Positions 10,520 to 19,763 of a stretch of 64,000 bases of DNA are shown piece by piece. The position numbers and the translations under genes were made by a program. Location of the stretch: the NCBI GenBank assembly GCA_963771175.1, contig CAVYSY010000030.1:160001-224000 (forward strand), given 5' to 3'. The notes beneath the pieces were generated by a model. That model had not been told where the DNA came from, searched no databases, and saw only the letters and a program-made list of their open reading frames with translations. Each line of letters begins with the position of its first letter. The first letter of the stretch is position 1. This DNA comes from an uncultured delta proteobacterium. Lineage in GTDB: Bacteria > Myxococcota > Myxococcia > Myxococcales > Myxococcaceae.

Positions 10520-11203
10520 TCATCCGGCGGAGGGTCGGTCAACGGGGGGATGGCGGGGGGTGGAGACGACGGGGCGGGCGTGGCGCTTGGGGGAGGGCGC
10601 GGGCTTCGCGGGCCGGGGCGGAGGGCGGGGCCGGGTGCGCTCGTAGGCGGTGAGCACCTTGTCCACGTAGTACTCCGTCTCTCCGTTGCGGGGCACGCGG
10701 CCGTCCACGTTGCCGGGGCCGGCGTTGTAGGCGGCCACCGCGAGCTTCACGTTGCCGCGGAAGCGCGCGAGCTGCTCGGCGAGGTAGCGCGCGCTGCCGT
10801 CGATCGCGGGCGCCGGGTCGAAGGGGTCCTCCACCCGGAGCAGACTCGCGGTGGAGGGCATGAGCTGGCCGGGGCCCATGGCGCCCGCGGGCGAGATGCG
10901 GTGCGGCTGGGTGTTGGACTCCACCTCCACGAGCGCCTCCAGCAGGCCGGGGGGGAGGCGGTGGCGGCGCTCGGTGTCGCGGATGAGGGGCTCGAGCTTC
11001 GGGTGGCCGTCGAGCAGGCAGGCGGGCCGGTGGCGCGCGTAGGCGGCCAGGGCGTGCGCCTTGGACTCTAGGAAGGACAGGGAGAGGGGAGACACCCGGG
11101 TGTTGCCGAAGAAGGCCACCGCGAGGTTGAGCAGCACGAGCGGGGCCAGGACGCATAGTCCCAGCCGTACCCAAGGAAGGCCCCTGTCCCGTCTCCGCCG
11201 CAC
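10520..11203 (-). CDS. Lytic transglycosylase (SLT domain)
   Basis: VES, GAMGPGQLMP, AAYNAG, ETEYYV motifs; N-terminal TM. Confidence 0.9.
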   Translation of the reverse strand: MRRRRDRGLPWVRLGLCVLAPLVLLNLAVAFFGNTRVSPLSLSFLESKAHALAAYARHRPACLLDGHPKLEPLIRDTERRHRLPPGLLEALVEVESNTQPHRISPAGAMGPGQLMPSTASLLRVEDPFDPAPAIDGSARYLAEQLARFRGNVKLAVAAYNAGPGNVDGRVPRNGETEYYVDKVLTAYERTRPRPPPRPAKPAPSPKRHARPVVSTPRHPPVDRPSAG

Positions 11204-11352
11204 GGTCTCCTTCCTTACGGGCGGCCGGGCTCCCCGTCCAACTTCCGGCGAGCGGATGGCGGCCCCGGATGGCCGTTATTCTCATGACCAGGTGGTCATT
11301 ATTTCATGCGGGGCACCGGAGGGCCTGGGGGTCCCGTGAAGGAGAGCGGGAG

Positions 11353-11853
11353 ATGCTTGGTATTCCACTGGGCCTGGCGTACTCGAACTTCGGTGAGTGG
11401 TTGCTGCACCGGTACGTGCTGCACGGGTTGGGCAAGAGGCAGAAGAGCTTCTGGAGCTTCCACTGGCACGAGCACCACCAGCGCTCGCGCCGCCACGAGA
11501 TGGTGGACGAGCAGTACAGGAGCCCGCTGTGGCGCTGGGAGCCGCAGAGCAAGGAGCTGTTGGGGCTGGCGGCCATCGCGGTGGGGCACATCCCGCTGCT
11601 GAAGTGGGCGCCGTGGTTCGTGGCCTCGGTGTGGGCCTCGACGGTGCTGTACTACGTGGTGCACCGGCGGGCGCACCTGGACCCGGAGTGGGCGCGCGAG
11701 CACCTGCCGTGGCACTACGACCACCACATGGGGCGTGACCAGAACGCGAACTGGTGCGTGACGTATCCGCTCTTCGACTACGTGATGGGCACGCGCAAGA
11801 AGTACCTGGGCACGCCCGCGATGGCCGAGGCGTCCGTCGCCGTCGCTCAGTGA
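11353..11853 (+). CDS. Fatty-acid hydroxylase / sterol desaturase-family membrane protein
   Basis: His boxes HRYVLH, HEHH, HRRAH, HYDHH; DYVMGT. Confidence 0.75.
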   Translation: MLGIPLGLAYSNFGEWLLHRYVLHGLGKRQKSFWSFHWHEHHQRSRRHEMVDEQYRSPLWRWEPQSKELLGLAAIAVGHIPLLKWAPWFVASVWASTVLYYVVHRRAHLDPEWAREHLPWHYDHHMGRDQNANWCVTYPLFDYVMGTRKKYLGTPAMAEASVAVAQ

Positions 11854-12917
11854 GCCGGGGGGCGGGTCCGCGCGTAGATGCGCTGGAGCGTCTCCACCCC
11901 GGGGGACAGCTCGCGTCGGGACATGGCGTGGACCGCCTCCAGCAGGTGCTCGTTCACCGGGACCGGGAGGCCGTGCGCCTTCCCGCGCCGGACCACCTCT
12001 CCATTGAGGAAGTCCACGGGCGGCTCGCGCCCCCGTTCAATCGCCGCCAGCATGGACGAGCGGAGCCGCCGGTACCTCGCGCCGATAGCCAGGAGCATCG
12101 CGTGCCTGACGAGGAGGGTGAGGGAGCCCGAGGCGCGCTGCTCCGACTCGCTCAGCGTGAGCCACTCGAGGTCGACCGTGGAGGCCACCTTCTCGACTCT
12201 CACGCCCTCGGCCTGGGCCACCCGGAACACCTCGGTGAAGACCTCCATCGCGAGCCTTCGGATGAAGCGGTGTCGCAGGAGCGGCCCTACCCGGCTTCCT
12301 CCCACGGTGCCCAGGGTGGAGATGGCGCAGTTGATCGCCAGCTTGCTCCAGCGTGCACCGCGCAGGTTGTCGGTGAAGGCCACCTCGCTCACCGTGCGCA
12401 ACAGCTCCGCGAGCCGAGGCAGCCGCGGATCCGGCTTGCCGGAGAGCGCGCCGACCACGAAGCCTCCCGAGGAGGTCCGCTCATAGACGCCGGTTTCCGG
12501 CGAGGACGCGCCCCAGGCGACGATGGCGCCGAGTACCTTGTCCTCGCCCACCACCTGGGCCACCAGCTCCTCGCAGAGCCCGTTCTGGAGCACCACCATC
12601 GCCCCGTCCGGAGCGAGCAGGTGGGCCGTGTCCCGGGCCGCCGCCTCCACTCCATTCGGAGGCGTGGCGAGCAGGATGAAGTCGTAGGCGCCCTCCCGAG
12701 GCGGCTGGACGAAGACCTCCAGGTCGCCTCGGATGGTGCGCTCGCCCTTCTCGTCGCGCAGCACCGGGCCGCGCGTCCGGAGCACGCTGGCGATCTCCTC
12801 GCGCCGCGCGACCGCGCCTACCCTCCGGCCCGCCTCCAGCATGCGGGACAGGAGCACGCCGCCGATTCCGCCACAGCCGACGACGAGGACTCGGGGAGCT
12901 GTCTGTGCAGGGTCCAT
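11847..12917 (-). CDS. panE: 2-dehydropantoate 2-reductase family
   Basis: GCGGIGG, LQNG, WSKLAIN, SSML, FLNG motifs. Confidence 0.85.
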   Translation of the reverse strand: MDPAQTAPRVLVVGCGGIGGVLLSRMLEAGRRVGAVARREEIASVLRTRGPVLRDEKGERTIRGDLEVFVQPPREGAYDFILLATPPNGVEAAARDTAHLLAPDGAMVVLQNGLCEELVAQVVGEDKVLGAIVAWGASSPETGVYERTSSGGFVVGALSGKPDPRLPRLAELLRTVSEVAFTDNLRGARWSKLAINCAISTLGTVGGSRVGPLLRHRFIRRLAMEVFTEVFRVAQAEGVRVEKVASTVDLEWLTLSESEQRASGSLTLLVRHAMLLAIGARYRRLRSSMLAAIERGREPPVDFLNGEVVRRGKAHGLPVPVNEHLLEAVHAMSRRELSPGVETLQRIYARTRPPAH

Positions 12918-12960
12918 GGTCGCCGTTGACTACCACGAGCCGGACCCTCCCCGTTGACGC

Positions 12961-13497
12961 TCAGCGCCCGCCGCGCTTGCGAGCCGGAGTCCCCTTGCGG
13001 GCGGGAGCCGCCTTGCGCGTGGGGCGCTTCGTCGCGGCGCGGACGCTCTTCTTCTTGGCCGGGGCGGCCTTCCGGGTCCCGGACCTGGCGGGCTTGCGGG
13101 GCGCGCTCTTTTCAGAGAGCACCGCGTCCAGGGCCTTCAGCGCGTCGACGGTGGTGAAGATGCCCTCCACGCGGCCATTGCTGGCGACGACGGCGGAGCC
13201 GTACTTGTGCATGGCCATGGTGCGGGCCACCTCGATGAGAGCGGCACCCGGATGCACGGTGTAGGCGTCCTGGGACATGGCCTCTTCGACGGTGACCTCC
13301 TTGGGGTCCACTCCCTTGAGGGTCTCGACGAGGTGCAGGTCGCGCATGGACACCACTCCCACCAGCTTTCCGCCCTCCAGCACGGGGAGGTGGCGGATGG
13401 CGTGCTCGTTCATGAGCCGGTGCGCCTCGCTCAGTGGGCTCCTCGAGCCGATGGTGTGCACGGTGCGGGTCATGAATTCATCGATGGTACGGGGCAT
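12961..13497 (-). CDS. CBS-pair protein with basic Lys/Arg/Ala/Pro-rich C-terminal tail
   Basis: IRHLPV..LVGVVS..DL and GIFTTVD CBS motifs; tail KAAPAKKK..KAAPARKG. Confidence 0.88.
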   Translation of the reverse strand: MPRTIDEFMTRTVHTIGSRSPLSEAHRLMNEHAIRHLPVLEGGKLVGVVSMRDLHLVETLKGVDPKEVTVEEAMSQDAYTVHPGAALIEVARTMAMHKYGSAVVASNGRVEGIFTTVDALKALDAVLSEKSAPRKPARSGTRKAAPAKKKSVRAATKRPTRKAAPARKGTPARKRGGR

Positions 13498-13633
13498 GGG
13501 GATCCTCGCGTGGGCTCCGGGACGGGGAGCGCCCGCATGGTTGGAAACTACTGGAGCGGCACACTTCGTGACATGACTTTTGCGGTCATCTAGAGTGAGG
13601 TGACCGCGAAGGACACCCGGAGGAGACCCAGGA

Positions 13634-14395
13634 ATGCAGCCCGCGACCGCGCTGCCCGGCCTCGAGCACCTGTTGGAGGTGTGTCGGAGCCGGGCGCATC
13701 CCTTGAAGCTGGAGCCACCGCTCCTGAACGAGTTCACGGCGGAGTCGTCCGTGGCGGGACAGCCGATGGATGCCCAACTGGCGGCCGTGCACACGCGCGT
13801 GGGGTACCTCTGGGTGAGGGACGAGTTCTCCCTGCTGCCGGCGAGGCACGAGTGGCGGCCCGACCTGTACCGGGTGAACGAGCAGTGGCGCCGCGAATGG
13901 GCGGAGCCGTTCGGCTCGCTGCGCGTCTTCGCGAGGGATGACCGGCTGGCCTACTGCTACGCCACGGTGCCGGGTCTGGCGGGAGAGCGGGGGCCGCAAC
14001 CCGTGGTGTGGGTGGACGTGTATGAGGCGCTGTACGCCGTGCCCGTCGCCTCGGACGTCGACCACTTCTTCGACACCTACGCGCGCTACCTGGAGGCCTC
14101 GCCGCGGGTGCACGAGGGCGAGGAGTACGCGCTCCCGGGTCGGAGCTTTCCCTGGAGCGCCGCCGACTTCATCGCCCGGGACCGGGCGTTGGTGGAGCAG
14201 ATCCGGGGCGGGCGTTTCGACCTCCTGATGAAGGCGAACGCCCGGGCGCGGGAGTGGGTGGAGAAGGTAGGGGCCCGGCGCTCGACGCGGACACCTGGTA
14301 ACGTGCGCGCTGACCTTCCAATGCTTGCCTCCTCCGCACTTGCTTGGGGGAGCGCTAGGCCGGCAGCGCGGAGGGCACCCCGAGCAGTTGGATGA
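13634..14395 (+). CDS. Putative SMI1/KNR4 (SUKH)-like toxin immunity protein
   Basis: Pattern DAQLAAV...VNEQW...YCYATVPGLA...QPVVWVD...PVASDVDHFFDTY resembles myxobacterial immunity paralogues (recognised from memory). Confidence 0.55.
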   Translation: MQPATALPGLEHLLEVCRSRAHPLKLEPPLLNEFTAESSVAGQPMDAQLAAVHTRVGYLWVRDEFSLLPARHEWRPDLYRVNEQWRREWAEPFGSLRVFARDDRLAYCYATVPGLAGERGPQPVVWVDVYEALYAVPVASDVDHFFDTYARYLEASPRVHEGEEYALPGRSFPWSAADFIARDRALVEQIRGGRFDLLMKANARAREWVEKVGARRSTRTPGNVRADLPMLASSALAWGSARPAARRAPRAVG

Positions 14396-15449
14396 AGTCC
14401 TCCACGATGCGTGAGGTGGAGAAGCGCTCGGCGACGAGGCGGGTTCCCGCCTCGCCCATGCTCCGCCTCCGCTCCGGCGGCAGGTCCACGGCGGCGACGA
14501 GCGCTTCCCTCCAGGCAGCCACGTCTCCGGGAGGGAGCAGCCATCCCGTCTCTCCCTCGTTCAGGGTCTCCGGAAGGCCGCCGATCCGGCTCGCGAGCAC
14601 GGGAACGCCGCACGCCTGCGCCTCGATGGACACCCGGCCGAACGGCTCCAGCCACTCGGAGGGTATGGCCAGGAAGTCCATGGCCGCGTAGAGGGGCCGC
14701 ATGTCCGTGGTCCACCCGCGCAACAGGTGGCGCTCCTGGAGCCCGGGGGCGAGCGCCGCACGCAGTCGTGGATGGGCCTCCTCCTGCCCGACCCAGAGCG
14801 CGCGCAGCGAGGGGCGCAGCGGCATCGCCTCATTGAGAGCCTCCGCGAGCCGGAAGGCTCCCTTCTCCGGGGCGAGCGCTCCGACGAACCCCACGAGCAC
14901 CTCGTCCTCGCGGAGGTTCAGGGCTTGACGGCTCTCGGCACGCAGGCGCGCGTCCGGTCGGAAGTGCTCCACGTCCAGCGGGTTGTAGAGGAGTTGCACC
15001 CGTTCACGCGGCACGCCTTGCGCCACCAGGTGTGCGCGCATGGACTCGGAGACCGCGATGAACCGGTGGGCCATGCGCGGCAGCACCGCGCGAGAGGCCA
15101 GTCGGAGTGGGCTGTTGAGGTGTCGGAAGAGAGCCACGCGCGTCCCGGTGGAACGGCCCAGGACGAGCAACGGCCAGTACTCGTGCCCGAAGCTGCCCAC
15201 CAGCCAGTCCGGATGCATCCGCCGGACGGCGCGGAGCACGGCTCGTGCTCCGCGCACATCCACCGCGTTGCGGAAGATGCCAGGCTCCATGGGCAGGCCT
15301 CTCGCGGCCAGCTCGCTGGCGATGAAACTCTCCGGGCGCGCGACGGTGAGGACCTCGTGTCCCGCCCGGGCCAGTGCCCGGACGAGACACAGCAGGTGCG
15401 TCTCCGTCCCGCGCGCACCACGACTGGTCCCAACGAAGACGAATCTCAT
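14355..15449 (-). CDS. Glycosyltransferase family 4 (GT-B)
   Basis: GTE N-terminal loop, IAVS, EPFGRVSIEAQACGVPV (EX7E), GGLPE. Confidence 0.92.
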   Translation of the reverse strand: MRFVFVGTSRGARGTETHLLCLVRALARAGHEVLTVARPESFIASELAARGLPMEPGIFRNAVDVRGARAVLRAVRRMHPDWLVGSFGHEYWPLLVLGRSTGTRVALFRHLNSPLRLASRAVLPRMAHRFIAVSESMRAHLVAQGVPRERVQLLYNPLDVEHFRPDARLRAESRQALNLREDEVLVGFVGALAPEKGAFRLAEALNEAMPLRPSLRALWVGQEEAHPRLRAALAPGLQERHLLRGWTTDMRPLYAAMDFLAIPSEWLEPFGRVSIEAQACGVPVLASRIGGLPETLNEGETGWLLPPGDVAAWREALVAAVDLPPERRRSMGEAGTRLVAERFSTSRIVEDFIQLLGVPSALPA

Positions 15450-15609
15450 GACCGGGGGCATACCTTGGAGCATCACCCCCGGATGAGGAATTCCGCTTCC
15501 TTCAGGGGTAGTCGAACCCGCGTTCCAGAACCGGCCGCACGTTCTGGCGTTCCACGCCATCCAGGTATGTTTGCTCATGGTAGAGAGCCCTCGAGGAGAC
15601 ACGGACTGC

Positions 15610-16452
15610 ATGAGACTCGGTGGGTACGTCATCCATGGAAACAACCGGGACACGCTCGGTGCGTGCCTGGAGGGACTGCTCGCCGTCTGTGACGAGGTGG
15701 TGGCCCTGGACTCGCAGTCCACGGATGGCGCGGTGGAACTCGCACGAAGCATGGGGGCCCGTTCCGTGTCTCGCTCCTGGCAGGGCTATGGGGCCGCACG
15801 GGCCGCCGCCATGGAGGCACTCGGCCCGTGTGACTACGTCTTCTATCTCGACTCGGACGAGCACCTGGAACCGGAGGCCGTCCAGGCCATTCGCGCCTGG
15901 CGCGAGTCAAACCCGACGGAGCCCATCTACCTCCTGCCCCGTCGCGACTGGACCGAACTGGACGGGCACCGCTTCCGCTATCGCACCGAGTGGCGTGCGC
16001 GGTTGGTGCGCCGAGATGTCGCCGTGTGGCGCCCGGAAATGGTCGTCCACGAGGCGCTGCCGCGGATGCGCGCCGTCCGACTCCACGCGCCCATCGAGCA
16101 CCGCTTCGCGACCTCGCTTGTCGGACGTGCGGAGAAGGAGGAGCGCTACGCCCTGCTGTGGGCTGTGCGCGCCTTCGCGGAAGGCAGACGCCTCAAGCCC
16201 GCCGCCCTCCAGCGCCCGGCGCACCTCATTCGCGACTGCATCCTACACGGCGCGCTCTGGCGAGGGGGGCTCGACGCCCTGCGGTTGTCCTGGGCCGTCT
16301 CCAACTACCACGCCGCCAAGTACCGCCACCTCCGCTCTCTGCGTCAGGGCCGCTTCCCCGAGTTGATGCGCGCCTTTGTCGAGGGGCGCTACGGGGAGTT
16401 GTTCATGCTCGTCAGAGGTGGCCAACTGCCGCCCGAGTCTCAAGCGGGATGA
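15610..16452 (+). CDS. Glycosyltransferase family 2 (LPS/KdtX-like)
   Basis: DSQSTD, WQGYG..R, LDSDE, VHE motifs. Confidence 0.88.
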   Translation: MRLGGYVIHGNNRDTLGACLEGLLAVCDEVVALDSQSTDGAVELARSMGARSVSRSWQGYGAARAAAMEALGPCDYVFYLDSDEHLEPEAVQAIRAWRESNPTEPIYLLPRRDWTELDGHRFRYRTEWRARLVRRDVAVWRPEMVVHEALPRMRAVRLHAPIEHRFATSLVGRAEKEERYALLWAVRAFAEGRRLKPAALQRPAHLIRDCILHGALWRGGLDALRLSWAVSNYHAAKYRHLRSLRQGRFPELMRAFVEGRYGELFMLVRGGQLPPESQAG

Positions 16453-16516
16453 AACCCAGCCTGCCCTCACCCTCTCCACAGGCCTCCCCTTCGCCCTATG
16501 CGTCCGATGCGCGTGC

Positions 16517-16550
16517 TTGACAATACATAAGTGACGACTTATTTGTTGTC
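16517..16550 (+). promoter_or_regulatory. Sigma70 -35 box overlapping a palindromic ArsR-type operator
   Basis: TTGACA at 16517-16522; inverted repeat GACAATACATAAGT-gacg-ACTTATTTGTTGTC (16519-16550, 12/14 match) directly before the ArsR ATG. Confidence 0.75.
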
Positions 16551-16551
16551 C

Positions 16552-16881
16552 ATGCAGAGCGCTGCCCTGGCCGAAAACAAGATCTTCCAGGCGCTCGCGG
16601 ACCCCAGCCGCAGGGCGATCTTCGAGTCGCTCACGCGTGGCGAAGCCGCAGTGAAGGACCTCACGGCGCGCTTCGACATCTCGCAGCCGGCGGTCTCTCA
16701 GCACCTCGCCACTTTGAAAGACGCCGGCCTGGTGAACGCCCGGCGCGACGGGCGCTGTGTCTACTACCGGGTGGAGCCGCGCGGGATGGTGCCGCTCATC
16801 AAGTGGATCTCGCACTATCGCGCCTTCTGGACGGAACACGTCGATCGCCTCGAACAACTGCTGGAGAAAATGGACGAATGA
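16552..16881 (+). CDS. ArsR/SmtB-family transcriptional regulator
   Basis: FQALADPSRRAI, ISQPAVSQHL..LKDAGLV. Confidence 0.93.
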   Translation: MQSAALAENKIFQALADPSRRAIFESLTRGEAAVKDLTARFDISQPAVSQHLATLKDAGLVNARRDGRCVYYRVEPRGMVPLIKWISHYRAFWTEHVDRLEQLLEKMDE

Positions 16882-17324
16882 ACCTCCTCGACAAGACCGA
16901 CCCATCGCAAACCGACTCCATTTCATTCGAATTCGAGCTGCGTCATTCGCCGGAGAAGGTGTGGCGCGCGCTCACCGACCCCGTGCTGCTCACCGAGTGG
17001 CTCCTGCCCGTCGTCGGGTTCAAGCTCGAGTCGGGGGCCGCGTTCACGTTCAAGACGCAGCCGTACCCCGGTTGGGATGGCACCGTGAACTGCCGGCTCC
17101 TCGAGATCGAAGCGCATAGGAAGCTCAGCTACAGGTGGGTCGTCGGCGACATGGCTTTGGACACCGTCGTGACCTTCACGCTCACGCCCACGGCGTCGGG
17201 CAGCCGCCTGTCCCTCGTGCAGTCGGGCTTCAAGCCGGAGCAGAAGCAGAACTTCGGCGGCGCGCGCTACGGCTGGAAGATGATGGGCGGGAAGCTCGTC
17301 GACCTGCTCGCGAGGACCCCATGA
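16878..17324 (+). CDS. SRPBCC (AHA1/START-like) domain protein
   Basis: PEKVWRALTDP..L.EW and final GW; ATGA overlap with ArsR stop. Confidence 0.88.
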   Translation: MNLLDKTDPSQTDSISFEFELRHSPEKVWRALTDPVLLTEWLLPVVGFKLESGAAFTFKTQPYPGWDGTVNCRLLEIEAHRKLSYRWVVGDMALDTVVTFTLTPTASGSRLSLVQSGFKPEQKQNFGGARYGWKMMGGKLVDLLARTP

Positions 17325-18199
17325 GCCGGCGAGCCGCTTCGGGCTCGTCTTCAGAGGCGCTCCCAATCAAGTCCAAGTCCCCGAAGAAGGCAGGCGCGAG
17401 CGACCAACCCGCTTCCGAGCTCATCGACCAGCGGATCCGCGAGCTGGAGGGATGGCGCGGCGAGACCTTGGCCCGCATGCGGGCGCTGATCCTGGAAGCC
17501 GACCCCGAGATGACCGAGGAGTGGAAGTGGATGAATCCGGTCTGGTCGCACCACGGGATTGTCTGCACCGGGGAGGCGTACAAGAAGGTCGTGAAGCTCA
17601 CGTTCGCTCGGGGGGCCACGGTCCCAGACCCATCGCGCCTCTTCAATTCCAGCTTGGAAGGCAACACGCGAAGGGCGATCGACATCCACGAAGGGGAGAA
17701 GGTCGACGCGGGCGCGTTCAAGGCGCTCGTGAAGGCCGCGGTGGCCCAGAATGGCCAGCCGGCGAAGAAGGCCAGGCCGGGTGCGAGTAAGGCCAAGCCA
17801 GTGAAACGCCTTTCAGGCGGCAATCCGCAGATCGCGAAAGCCGACGGCGACGCCCCGGTGCAGGCGTACATCGCCGGGATGCCGGGCTGGAAAAGCGACG
17901 TCGGGCGCTGGCTCGACGCGCTCATCGTGGGGAACGTGCCCAACGTGCGCAAGGCCGTGAAGTGGAACTCGCCGTTTTACGGCATCGAGGGCCAGGGTTG
18001 GTTCCTGTCGTTCCACGTCTTCACCCACTACGTAAAGGTGACCTTCTTCCGCGGCACGTCGCTGCGACCGGTCCCGCCCGGCCCCAGCAAGAACAAGGAC
18101 ACGCGCTACCTCGACATCCACGAAGGCGACGAGCTCGACGAGGCGCGGATGGCGACGTGGGTAAAGCAGGCGGCGGCGTTGCCCGGCTGGGTCCCGTAG
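17321..18199 (+). CDS. Tandem DUF1801 (YdhG-like) protein
   Basis: Two similar modules: EEWKW..PVW..KLTF..G and KAVKWNSPFY..KVTFF.G; ATGA coupling. Confidence 0.8.
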   Translation: MSRRAASGSSSEALPIKSKSPKKAGASDQPASELIDQRIRELEGWRGETLARMRALILEADPEMTEEWKWMNPVWSHHGIVCTGEAYKKVVKLTFARGATVPDPSRLFNSSLEGNTRRAIDIHEGEKVDAGAFKALVKAAVAQNGQPAKKARPGASKAKPVKRLSGGNPQIAKADGDAPVQAYIAGMPGWKSDVGRWLDALIVGNVPNVRKAVKWNSPFYGIEGQGWFLSFHVFTHYVKVTFFRGTSLRPVPPGPSKNKDTRYLDIHEGDELDEARMATWVKQAAALPGWVP

Positions 18200-18365
18200 C
18201 CTGCCGTCCCGAGGCTCTGTCGCCTCCTTGTCCCCCCAAGCACTGCCCTCGGGCTTTGCCCACCTCGTGCTGGGAGGAGACGCTCGACGCGGGGCCGTAC
18301 ACGCTCCCCGAGGGCGGCAAGCTCCCTCAAGCGGGGGCGGAGCCGGGGCTGGATGGGCGCTCCCG

Positions 18366-18932
18366 TCAGAAGATGACGTCGAAGTAGTGGGCCCGGCCGA
18401 ACAGTCCGGCACAGGCCCGCACGTCGGCCGTCCACGCCTGCCGCGGCAGGTCGCCACTCGCCTCGAACACCAGTTCCACCTGGTCCTCTCGCGCCAGTTC
18501 CGGCACCTGCACCGCCTCCACTCCGCGCAGGCTCAGCCTCGTGGTCGAGAACACCTGCGCCGGCCGGCGGTACTCCAGCAGCGTCCGGATGACCTCCGCC
18601 GAGCCCGTCCGCCGCAGCGACACCTTCGCGTACTCGATTCCCGTCAGGTCCGCTTCGCCACCCGTGACATCAATCTCGAACAGCCGGAGCCGGAACTGCG
18701 TATCGAGCCGCCCCTCGGGGAACTCCGCTCCCACCTGCCCCAGCGGGAACAGAAGGGTCTGCTCCAGCGGCGTCGTGCCCTCGGGTGAGGCGGGGAACGC
18801 GAGGCTCCGCTCGGTCTTGCAGATCTCCTCGGTCTCGAGGTCCACGAAGAAGAAGGTGTCGGCGATCTCCCGGCAGCCGGTGGTGAGCAGCGTGGTGACG
18901 CACAGCAGGAGGACTCGGGGAAGGGCTCGCAT
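18366..18932 (-). CDS. Putative lipoprotein
   Basis: MRALPRVLLLCVTTLLTTG-C lipobox inside ORF 18366..19616. Confidence 0.7.
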   Translation of the reverse strand: MRALPRVLLLCVTTLLTTGCREIADTFFFVDLETEEICKTERSLAFPASPEGTTPLEQTLLFPLGQVGAEFPEGRLDTQFRLRLFEIDVTGGEADLTGIEYAKVSLRRTGSAEVIRTLLEYRRPAQVFSTTRLSLRGVEAVQVPELAREDQVELVFEASGDLPRQAWTADVRACAGLFGRAHYFDVIF

Positions 18933-18946
18933 GGGGCAGGACCCGT

Positions 18947-19616
18947 TCAGTTGAAATAGACGATGAGGCCCAGCTTCAGCGCCGGGCTGGTGATTCGGAG
19001 AGTCGAGCGGCTCCGCGGTGATGTCCGGATCCTCCGCCGCGTCCCGGATGAAGGACTTCACGTCATCCACCTGGATGAACCACCAGCTCAGCCCCACTCC
19101 GCCGAAGAGCGTCACATAGCGCGAGGGCGAGAACTCCAGCCCCAGGCGCGTGCTCACGGAGTTGTACCCCACGTCATGGATGCCCGTGGCCGTGGTGGTG
19201 GGCTGGCCTCGCAACTGGGTCAGCAGCTTGTCGTAGTCCGCGTTGAAGTAATGGCTGCCCTCGAAGTCCAGCGTGGGTGAGATGAGGAGCTCGAGCGGGG
19301 TGAAGCTCAGGCCCCCGCGCACCCCGAAGCCCAGGCTGTTCTTCGCGGCTCCGGCGTGCACCCGCAACCAGCGCCACGGCCGCATGAGCGCCGAGGCCCC
19401 CAGCCCCTCCGGTGCGCCCGCGTCCACCATCGCGCCGAACCGTGTCTTCCACGGGGGCAGCACGGGGGCGTCGGGGTTGGACACGGTCACTCCTTCCGGA
19501 GTGTCGGTCGGGGCGTCCGGGTCTTCGGGGGGCTGCGCCCGGGCGCTCGACACGCCTCCCAGCACCAGCATGCAGGAGAGCGTCCAGGCGCACCGGGAAT
19601 TGATCGCTGTGGTCAT
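18947..19616 (-). CDS. Exported beta-barrel-like protein; frameshift near 19005
   Basis: Signal peptide (ARA-Q) and amphipathic strands; the shifted frame gives a barrel-like end TLRITSPALKLGLIVYFN* at 18947. Confidence 0.65.
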
Positions 19617-19763
19617 GGCTCGGGAGCATCATTCGCGCGCCGGGGCCGGGAAGTCACGAAGACGCGGCAACCCTCCCTCAGGGCAGGCAGGCAGGCGGAC
19701 ACGGCCTCGGCGGAGTCTGCTACGGTCCGTCGCCTGGCTGAGTCCGTCGCCTGGAGTGGGTTG

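Noticed and set aside
18366..19616. Single 416-aa barrel-lipoprotein fusion ORF
   Set aside because: An internal signal peptide with lipobox at 18932 and a better C-terminus in another frame indicate two genes joined by an indel
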